A stretch of DNA of 64,000 nt, from contig OZ234493.1 in NCBI GenBank assembly GCA_965153455.1, positions 10,282,213-10,346,212 on the forward strand. Reading direction: 5' to 3'. Positions 14,149-23,950 of this stretch are shown piece after piece. Positions within the stretch are counted from its first letter, which is position 1. Every line of letters begins with the position of its first letter. Position numbers and translations under genes: made by a program. Under the pieces are notes generated by a model. It had not been told where the DNA came from, did not search any database, and saw only the letters and a list, made by a program, of their open reading frames with translations. This stretch comes from Sphagnum compactum. Lineage: Eukaryota.

Positions 14149-14984
14149 AGATTGAAACAAGAGAATCTCCTCATGCTGCAAGCACTAACGACACTTTTAT
14201 TTTCTTTTGAGTCCATCATATTGCAAGGTTTGTGACTCATGTGGATTGATTCACAAAGCTTCAATTTGAGCTTCTCGATGATGCAATCCGGCAAATTGAT
14301 TTTATTTGCTCACAAAATTTTGTAGCTGCTGTGCCATTGAAGCACAACGATTAGGGTCTAAGACTCCTTGATCTTAGAGAGAAGACAATATGACGACCTG
14401 ATGGTTTTTGCTAGATTTAAGTGTTGCAGTCTATGGGTGTCTTTGCTCCCACAAACAAATGCTTTTGTTTTGAGCCATTTGCTACAATCATAAAGTCTGG
14501 TGTTTACTAAGCACCTTGGAGATCTTTTGTTTACCTGTGACAAAGTTTTGTAAGAGGCTAGTAATGGGTATGGTGATTTAGTTCTTCATTAGTGTGCATA
14601 GTGTTAGTGTGCACTCTTGGAAGATTGGGTGAGTATTTAACTGATATGTATTGGGAAAAACCAAATTCAGCAAGTAAATTGCTTGCCAAGCTAGTTTCTT
14701 TTCTACCATTCTCTTTGGAAAGTTGAGGATTAAATTGTAGTCGTTGTATTTTGTAGCTTGTCATTTCTCATTTTTCAAATTGTCAGTCAAATGTATGGCT
14801 TTTATTGGGAGTTTGCAGTGAACAATTTATTGTCTTGATTGCAAACCTGACATTCTATGTTGCTTTGCAGCAGCTGCCATGTGACCTATGTTGACTAAGT
14901 TGGTTCACAATTTTTTTGGTTGTCGCCAGTAGGCTCTGTTGTTACATTTGTGCCTGTGGGCTGGAACCTTTTCAAGCTTGTTGG

Positions 14985-15760
14985 AAACCTCTTTTGGTAG
15001 TGGCATATACCCAAAAACCTCTTGCGAGTTGAATTGTACATCTAAAGGCTTCTCTTGTAATTTCTTGGATCTAACTGTGAGCCAGAGTCCTGAAGGTTTG
15101 TCCTGTGACATTTTTGACAAACGCTCTCAACCAGAGTATGCAGGTATTGAAATGATTAGAATGCCTCATGTTCATTCCAATATCTCAATGACTGCGAAGC
15201 TGGGGGTTATCAATAGTCAATTTTACAGATTCTTGAGACTTTGTAGTTGTAAGAAGTTTTTTATCTTCCAGATGGTCAGTCTTATTGTCTTTCTGAAGGC
15301 AAAAGGTTACCCCTTTAAAGTTCTTCTAAAGAGAACTAGAGGGTTGGTTCTTAAAGAAAAATTCCTGTTTGGAATTTTCGCTTTTGGCATTTTCAGAATG
15401 ATTTTGCTTCGGGTCATGTAAGTGGGGAGCTTCCTGTAAGCCCACTTGTTCTTAGTCTTTCCCTGTTCTTTTCCCTTTCTGTCTTTCTTTGTCTGGTCTT
15501 TGTTGTGGGGTCTGTTGCTAGCCAGTAGTATGGCTGAGTCTTCCCATTGCTTTCGGAATTGCAGCAGGAACTCAGTTTGCAGGATGGTGCTTGTCACCGG
15601 CCTTTACCCACTGTAGGGAGCTGATGAAGTCAGTGGGGAAGTTGTGATAGGTGAGTCACTATCGTACATACTACTGTTGATGGTCCCTGAACAGGTGTGA
15701 GACTGGCACTTTTGTTCATACCGGTGTGTGTTTTTCGTCTCCCCTTGTTTGGTTCTTTCT
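14985..15760 (+). mobile_element. 5'-truncated Penelope-like retroelement (Naiad/Chlamys-type RT C-terminus plus structured 3' tail)
   Basis: ORF to stop at 15421: GIYP (15002)..FLDL (15062)..DKR (15116)..MPHVHSNI..GVINSQFYRFLRLCS..LKAKGYP, which corresponds to the RT motif 6/7 region and thumb of PLEs. The catalytic DD is absent (truncated) and no GIY-YIG follows the thumb. Boundaries are approximate. Confidence 0.8.
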
Positions 15761-16099
15761 GTGGCTTCCTGAGGAAGTGTTAGCCTTGCTGTTTCTTCTT
15801 CATTGTGAGAATGGAGATTTCTCTATTCTTATGAAAGATATTGTTGGAAACCTACAAGTATCGCCATGACTACTGGTCAGGTACCCAAAGCAGCAGGAGA
15901 CTCCTTGAGTGTTTCCTGTATTCAAGCAATGAATGGTGGTGGTTTGACCAGTTTGTTGTAGGTAATCATTGTTGCAGAGAAATGGAATCCCATTAAATGC
16001 TGGAGCATGCATTTGTGGAAAAGCTGCCTGTATTTGTGATGATGAGGCGTCAAAAGACACTTACTTACAGCAAGCAAGATTCTGGTGGGTTATGAAGAG

Positions 16100-16240
16100 A
16101 AGCAGAGTTCTCATCTTTGAACTCCAAGTGGGTGCAGCAGCAGTGTGTACATTCAGTTCTCATCTGTCAACTCCAAGTGGATGGAGCAGCAGCAGAGTGT
16201 ACAATCAAGTTCTTATCTTTGGACCCCAAGTGGATGGAGC
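16100..16240. repeat. ~51-bp imperfect tandem repeat, about 3 copies
   Basis: Recurring agttctcatctttgaactccaagtgg(g/a)tg(c/g)agcagcagtgtgtac units. Confidence 0.7.
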
Positions 16241-16485
16241 CAGCTCCACTGACACAAAGCTGAAAAAAACTGAAACATTCTGACCTTTTGCAGAATGGGA
16301 CTCCTGCGCATAATGATGCATTATGAGTGCTTGTGTGAGTAAGTTGTATCTTGTACTAGAGCTGCCTAGTGTATAAGAGGCATTAGCTTTCTCCCTCCTC
16401 TTGCCCCACTCATGAGAGTCAACTTGTGTAGGAACAGATGTGCAGAAAGCTTCCTACAAAGAGCTCAGGGAATTATATCTCTGTC

Positions 16486-16828
16486 AGAGCAACTCCACTG
16501 GTGCTCAGTATGTGACCTTGGAAATTAAAATTGGGTGAAGAAAAGTCAAAACATGCCGATCTGGGTCAGCTAAAATGGTTTTGACCCAGCATTTTTGCAC
16601 ACCATGCACAGGCTGGTAAAATGCGCATCAAAGGTTAACACTTGCTGTTTATTGGCTAGATAGTTTGATTGGTCCAGGTGGGTTTGCTATTTAGTAGTTT
16701 CTCATCTATTTGCAGTACCAGTTTTAGTTTTATGGGTGGGGTTGGAAAGAGGTAATATCTAGACTTGGATCATGGATGTGGGAAATATTTTTGCAGGGTC
16801 ACATACTGAGCAGCACTGGAGATGCTCT
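16486..16828. mobile_element. Tourist-like (PIF/Harbinger) MITE
   Basis: 35-bp TIRs: agagcaactccactggtgctcagtatgtgaccttg versus reverse complement agagcatctccagtgctgctcagtatgtgaccctg. TSD unclear. Confidence 0.8.
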
Positions 16829-17140
16829 AGGATATTGAATCCTGAGGATCTGAGAGAATGGACTTAAACCTGCATGCTCATGCACAGAGTGTGGAACATT
16901 TGCCAATCAATAAAGACTTAGATGATGTTTCTTTGGTTTGCACTACACCAGGGATGGCCACACAAGAAAGAGTAGTGGAAAATAGTGTGTAAATATTGAA
17001 GGGTATGAAGAGAAGAGTCAATTAGATGTCACACCACATAAGCCAATCATCATTGTGACCAGTCAATCAAAGCCAATCACATTTCTTTCTTAGCCCTGTA
17101 GGAGAGCTTATATCCTTATGCATATTTTCAGGTCCCAAAC

Positions 17141-17553
17141 CAGAGTTGGCCAGTTACTGAGTTTTGACCAGCGGAACCAGCAGGGGCCAGATATCAATAA
17201 CCTAATAGTCAATATTAAATCTTCAAATTTTAATAACCTACATGGATGACCCAGTTATCATCCAAGTAGGTTATCAATCCTAAAACAATATACATATTTA
17301 CTGTAGAAAAGGGAGAAACAAGATTTTCTAATAAATGTAAGAATAGATAAATTCCATAACAGTTGTATAACTAATGGTTCTCAACCAGATATTTAAGAAC
17401 TGGACCTTATGCATAACTGATGGTTATTATTAAAAAATAACTGAGTAAATTGATAATTGAGACTATTACTTTAGTAATGAAATTCATTATCGATGCGTCT
17501 AAAATTTTAAAACTGTTTTATAACCTACCTGGCTGATTATTGTGCCAACACTG
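17141..17553. mobile_element. hAT-type MITE
   Basis: TIRs cagagttggc / gccaacactg. Flanks gtcccaaac and gtccaaac (8-bp TSD with a 1-nt indel). Confidence 0.7.
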
Positions 17554-18777
17554 GTCCAAACCACTGTGGGCGTGTATATGGTTTTAAACATACACGTTGT
17601 GTAAAAAAATGCTTGCATGGGCAAAAAAAAGAAATGGGATACTGAAAGAAACTCCATGATGTGTAGTGTGTACAAATGAATGTCATGTGACCTAAAAACA
17701 GTGTCAAATGTTTTATGTGGATGAAAGCAGAAAACCCTAATTCAGTTCTGTGGCTGAGCTGCTGGAGGCGTGAAGTTTCAAGGATGTCGAAGAATTTATT
17801 TTCTTGTTTTTTTGTTTTTGGCTTGTTTTGTTGTTTTGCAAGTTATTGTGGAGTGATCTTGATGAGCTGGTTTTGGTGATGGAGCGCGATCCTAGTTGCT
17901 CAATGGATACTCTTTATGAACTGTGTGAATCATGGTTCTGGGAAAGGATTGGTGCGGAGCTTTCAAGGGAGCTAGGGGTGGTGGAGGAGAGAAATATATA
18001 TGACGCTGGCTGAAGTGAACAGGGCGAACTTTTGGCAAGGGGATGAAGCTAAGTTCCTAGTTTTTATGATAATTAGGAGGTGTGGAGTTGATTTTGGAAT
18101 TGGATTGTAATCAGTTAGGGGCAGAAGTTGATGTGGACTTCTTCCTTTCATGAATCCTGACGCTTGATCTTCCATTGTGCCAAGAGCGTCAAGAAGAGAT
18201 TAGGAGGTTTAACATTTTCTTTTTAGGGATCAACACAAGGGAAATGATGAGTGTGTCAAGGATTTCAGGAGTGGTTGTTGTGGCAGCATCATCTTTGACA
18301 GTTTAAGGAATGTGAGTGTGCAATGTGTTCATTCTGAGAAGATAGTATCTATTGGATAGTGGGAGCTTCGGGGATTTTGGGAGCAAGGGGATATTATGAA
18401 GTGTATAAGATCATACTCACCTATTCTGTATTAAGTCTTTGTCCAGTCTCTGAGAGGAACCATGTGATGATGTCGGGATTGTACTTGTGGCATTTCTGTT
18501 GTTGAAGTATGAGTGGCCACTCTCATTAAACAACCAGTTGGCTCCTTGAAAGGAATTCAAGAGAGATCTGATCCCTTGAGGTCCATAGAACTAAAATAAT
18601 AAAATTTGGTGTTTGTAAGATATGGATGTGGAAATAGTACTTGTAATAACCTTCTTTTTGTCTTAGGAAGATTTCAGCAATTCCTATTGAGTCTGTATAC
18701 CCAACATCAAGGATTTCCACACCAGAAATCATCTCCCCTTTTTTTTAGGTGACAATCCAAATTCCAAAATCCAAAAA

Positions 18778-21700
18778 TCAAGCAAAGGTCTCCCAATCTT
18801 CCTGGCATTCCTTTATGTGGCATTCAATTGCCTCGGGAAACTCAAAAGCAATAACATCTAGAAGTCCCTCTTCTAGCTCTTCAAACTTTCCCATATCTTC
18901 TAATCCCACACATGGGTCATCTGGCCAATTTTTAATAAGCAAAATTAACAAATCTAGGTTTTTGCACCAAGGTGACATCGACGAAGGCCTGTGAGAATCC
19001 TTGTAATAGAAAATACACGCTCTATCCCTATATGACTATTAGGTATGCCCAATATTGCTCTTGCAAGAAAGGAAACTGTTGGGAATTGCCCTTCATGCTT
19101 TCCCCACCACTAAAGAGGTGATTCGGCTTCCTTCAAGGGCACATCAAGGGTTCGAAAACAGTTAAACTTTCAACAAACCTGAATTCACATGTAAGGTATG
19201 GAAAAATGTTAGTGGCCTACATTGTACATGTAGATTTTAAAAAAAAATGAAATCACATGTCACATTAACACAATAAGGAAACAAGAAACTTACTTGTTCA
19301 AGGCTTGTCTCCATCTCTGATGCCCCAACTCCAAATATCTAGCATGAGAGCCAACATATTGTATGCCTTGGATGCACTATAAAAATTCATGAAACCCAAA
19401 AAAGGGTGCAAGACACATGTCACTTGCTCTTTCATGTTAGCTACCCAAGTTGCTTCACCTTCATTTGCATCTCCAAAGATGTGGCAAGATTGACTTCAGT
19501 TTGCATATCCGATCTCCTTCTCCAATCTCACATACAATCGAACTGGGTTAGCAAGTGCATTAAAAAGCAACCAATATCCACAATTTTGGTTTACCACACA
19601 TGTTGTTACAACTGGAAATAGTGCTTCACAAATTGCTTCTACAATCACCCATGTCATCGCAAAAGGAATCTTGTTGGCCAATGTTTCAATTTGATGACTA
19701 TAACATGTAGCAATTGTTTGTCGATACATTAAACATTGTTGAAACATTGATACCTTTGATGTAAAGCGAATTCATTGGTGTTGTTAGCTTTCGTTTAGGT
19801 AAGTCACAATCCAAGCATGTTGACGTGCTCCCAAGTCCCCACTTAGTCCGAAGTTGGACTAAGTTGGATCAAGTTGCGGAAAAAAGAAGGGACTCGGGGC
19901 ACGCTCCCAGCCTTCAACACTAAAAGGGGTAGAGGGTCGTGTTGAAGCCTCGGGATGGACTAGGAAGAGTGACAAGCTTTTCACCTACTCAAATCTGCAT
20001 CAAAACCAACACAAGTTGGTTAGACCACTTTCTGGATCACTTTGGTGCTAGGACAAGCCACGGGCAACCTTGGACTCACTTGACTCACCACGGCCCGGAC
20101 TCGGGGGAAACCACCACCTTCCCCCATATAGTATTCTCTGCAGCTCTCCGCCGAGGCTACATCCGAATGACACTTTTTCCCGGGACTCCCAAGGAGGAGT
20201 CCCGAAACTGTCCCGGTTTGGACTCCCGGGACTTTGGGAGCTCATATCTCCCGACTCCAACCTCCGATTGGAGTGAGGTCTAAACCAAAGTTGTAGCTCT
20301 CCTTGAGATCTTTCCAATGGTGTGTCGCACTCCACCTGCACTTATCGGGATCAAGTCGATTCCCGACTTTTAGTGGTCGGGAGTCAAACTGCCAATTTGA
20401 CTCCCGGCCCTTCTTTTGCCCATAACTTATGCTGCAGATCTTCAAATGGCCCATGCGAGGCCATTTTAGATATCTACTCTTCAAGACCTTTCTAATGGTA
20501 TAAAGAACTCTTCAATGCGAGGTGTTTTGACCCCTGTAATCGACTTCTGAATTTTTGGGAGTCCCGGAGGACTCCAAGTCTCCAACTTTGGGAGTGTGAG
20601 TTGCATCCTCACACTTTGCCCAAAGTGGGGTTGCGACACATGCGCACTTCCATTCCTTAGAGCCTTTCCCTAAAATGCACAATGAAAAACCCAAAGCCAT
20701 ATGTTAGTTTGAACATGAAAAACTTCCAAAAATTGAACAAAGATCAACATAACATCAACTCTATCAACTTCTACATTTAAGGTTCACTTGATTTTTTGGG
20801 CCAAGTAATGCAACCTTGTAATGATGCTTCTGTTGATTTAATATTCATTGGTGCTAGATTTGCTGCAACATTTTCATCAGAAGTTGCATATTGGGCAGCC
20901 TTACTCATTGCATGCCCAAAATAAGATGCATCAAAAGGCACATCTAGCTTCAGTGCCTCACATGTGACCATAAATCTTAAGGCTACAACCATTGTCCTTA
21001 GGTTTGTGCCTTCATATTTAACAAAACACAAAATCTTGGAAGTAAGCTTGAACTTCTCAAGTAAAGCCTTCGTTTGTCTTGCTAATCCAACCCCTATTGT
21101 GTCATCAACCTCAAAAAGACTCACACATACATGACAAGGTTCCCATTGTGGTGTAAGGAAATTGATGACAAGGGCAAAAGTGTCACGTGCCCCTCTATTC
21201 ATCCACAAATCAAACATTGCTGTTGCAATTGATGCGCATCAAGGAATGGTGTCACATATTCCTCCAAACAATTTTCCACCATCATTAGAAGGATTTCTTC
21301 ACTCATCACTTTTCGAAAAGGGAAGACAATTCGTGGATCTAGTTGTAATGCAAAGCATCACATCCAAAGGTTTTCACAAGTGCTTAAGGGAAAAAATCCT
21401 TTGGTTGTAAGAAGGACTAGATCATGTAAATTTTTTTTATTAACATTCCTCATGTTTCTTGTAAGGAATGGGATTGCCAAAGAATGATGAAATTTGACCT
21501 AGGGCCACCTTTGGACATTTTTTTGTAGGTTGAACCTCCCTTGCACTAGTAACTTGTGGATCTGAAATCCTTTCACGATGGGCAATGTCAACAATATATG
21601 TCTTAAAGGGCTCGTGATGCTCTACCTCCACATGTCGCTTTAGGGCGCTAATCCCAAAACTTTTGTTGTATGCACAAATCCCTTTCTTTCTTAAATTGTC

Positions 21701-21873
21701 TTCTTGTCAAATTGGGATTGGGGAACTTCATGAAGGTAACAAAAGCTACATCTCATTTGCTGCACAACATTACAATTTGGTTCATCACCATTGTTGACAA
21801 CAAAGAAAGCCCAAGGATATGACCTTTGTTTAAAACTAGCCCAAAACTTGGTTTGTGAGTGCAATATTGACAA
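18778..21873 (-). pseudogene. hAT transposase pseudogene (BED finger, DDE core, C-terminal dimerisation domain), split by a solo LTR
   Basis: BED-like WAFF..MRCSFC..KRHVEVEH. Core FDLWM..DTFALVINFL..EGTNL..FGHAMSKA..CITWPKKS. C-terminus WWGKHEGQFPTVSFLARAILGIP..IERVFS..LIKNW. Stops and frameshifts; putative introns at 20670-20787 and about 19217-19293. Confidence 0.85.
19821..20638 (-). mobile_element. Solo LTR (818 bp) of an LTR retrotransposon
   Basis: TG...CA termini (tgacgtgctc...gttgcgaca) and 5-bp TSD catgt (19816-19820) / catgc (20639-20643). Higher GC than the flanks. Removing it rejoins the hAT frame KEWKCA-CLDCDLPKRKLTTP. Strand assignment is tentative. Confidence 0.85.
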
Positions 21874-22249
21874 TGTTTTTATTAATCAAAATGCTTGATT
21901 ATTAAAAGGAGGAGTGTTCATGCTAACACATGTGGATGATGAAGCTTGAATTCCACATGGAAAACCAACTGCAGGAAAAGATGAAGACAAATGTTCTAGA
22001 TCTAAAGGATCATGAGAAGATTGATTATGTTTTAAAGGCTTTAAAACGTCCTCACCAACCATCACTAGAAGGTTGTTGCTATTGTTGTAGGCAATTCTAG
22101 TTACTAGATTTTACTAGTAGTTGCTATTGTTGATTATTGGTGTTGTTGGCTATTGGTTGGTGTTGTTGGTGCTAGCTGGTGTTATTGGTTCTTAGCTATT
22201 GTTGTTGGATATTAGTTGTTGCTAGCTAGCTATTGAACATTGCGAGTTC

Positions 22250-23950
22250 ACTCCTCCTTGCGTAGCAAGGCAACGTGAAGGGGACCACAACAGTGCGAAG
22301 GGTAACACAGATGTAACACAAGAGGATGTGAAGGACCAGTAACCAAACCAAACAACACGAAGACCACTGAAGTGGAGGGGGGGTTTGCTCACCTAAATAT
22401 GATGAATAGGAAGATTACAGTTATGGTGGGGGGTAGTGTTCCCTGTTCTTCCCTCCTTGCTACTCTTCCCTATTCCTTTCTGTGCAAAATAAAAGCACAA
22501 AAGGGAGCATAGATGTAACATAACAACATAAGGGGGAACATAAACACAAAACATGAAAAACTAGTAAAATAAACCAAACACATGAAAACCATGAAGGGCA
22601 TGGGGGATTGTGCACCTAAAAAGGAATGAAGACGAAGACTAACATGATGGTAGGGGCTAGCACTATAGTTCACCATTCCTCCCCGCTCCTTTTATACAAC
22701 AGAACAACGCGAGAGGGAACACAAATGTAACATGAAGACCGACAATGGTAGGCAGGAGGTAGTGCTCACCTAAAAGGAATGAAAACGAAGACTAGTAAAC
22801 AAGCAAGCCAATGACAAAGGGATGAAGATGAAAACCAACAATGACAGGGGGGGATGTTCACCCAAAACAACGAAAACAAAAACCAACGATGGTGGGGTTA
22901 GCACTCCTTGTTGCTCTTCCTTGTACAATAAAACAATGTAAGGAACAAGAGGTTGTGAAGGGCAAGGAACCAAACCAATGACGAAAGGATGAAGATGAAA
23001 CAAGAAACCCAACAATGGCTATGTGGGGGGGGGGGGCAACACTCCTCCTTGCTCCTCCTTGCATAAACACAACAACAATAGGAAGGGGAGCATGGACAAC
23101 ACATAAGAGGGCGAGAAGGAGTAGCAAGCAAGGGGAAGGGAAAGGACAATGCTCACTACTCACCTAAAAAGAACGAAGACGAAAATTGACAATGGTGAGG
23201 GCCGGCACTCCTTGTTGTTCTTCCCTACACAATAGAATAACACAAGAAGGACTAGGAAGGCACAAAGGGCAAACAAGCAAACCAACGACAAAGCTATCTT
23301 TAGTGTTTCACATGTCATGTTTCATATGTTACTTCACATAAGGCCTCCACTTCATGGTCTTCGTGTGTTATGGTCACTTGTTGTTCCTTCCTACCTTTTT
23401 ATGCATTGTCCGTGCTCCCCTTCCTGTTGTTGTGTTTATGCAAGGAAGAACGGGGAGGAATGCTTCCCCCTACCAATGAGATGGTCTTTGTTTTTTTCTT
23501 TTCATTGTTGGTTTGGTTCCTTGTCCTTTGCGCCTTCTTGTGTTGCATATGTGCTCCCTCTTTTGTTGTTATGTTGTGCGGAAAGGAACGACAAGGAATG
23601 TTAGCCCCTGCCATTGTGTTCCATGTTTTATCTTTATGTTTCATGTTTCATCTTCATGTTTCGTGTTTCGTCTTCATTTTGAAACATGAAACCCAACAAT
23701 GGTGGGGGGCGGGGGCAATGCTCTTCCTCGTTCCTCTTTGCTGCTCCTCACACAAACATAACAACAACAACAAAGGGAGCACGACCAATGCACAAGAGGG
23801 CAAAAAGGAGCAACAAACAAGGGGAGGGGAGGAGGGGGTGTTCACTATTCACTTGAAAGGAATGAAGACGAAGACCGTGATCACTTCAAAGGGATGAACA
23901 ATGATGGGGAACAACATTCTTGGTTGCTCCTTGCCGCACAACACAAATGG
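22250..23950. repeat. Degenerate direct and inverted repeat array in the hAT 5' region
   Basis: The motif (t/g)cacctaaaaggaatgaagacgaagac recurs near 22388, 22612, 22764, 22857, 23159 and 23848. The block at about 23300-23690 is the inverse composition (ttgttgttccttcc, ttggtttggttcc). Confidence 0.65.

Noticed and set aside
12655-14294. Antisense ORFs over the CRF CDS (likewise 52331-52714 over the VQ CDS)
   Set aside because: Shadow ORFs of real coding sequence with no independent motifs.
15624-15682. SECIS-like pattern in the PLE tail (ATGA, 11 nt, AA ... TGAT, with flanking helices); tempting because some animal Naiad PLEs encode selenoproteins
   Set aside because: The AA-to-GA spacing is 38 nt, longer than typical SECIS elements. 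Land plants lack the selenocysteine machinery, and the visible ORF has no in-frame TGA.
15681-15706. cctgaacagg resembling part of the plant TPP riboswitch
   Set aside because: The CUGAGA and other conserved TPP elements are not in the required arrangement, and there is no THIC gene nearby.
19939-20700. Several overlapping 62-114 aa ORFs
   Set aside because: They lie within or overlap the GC-rich solo LTR and show no recognisable domains.
22470-23897. ORFs up to 175 aa rich in Cys/Leu/Phe
   Set aside because: By-products of the low-complexity repeat array.
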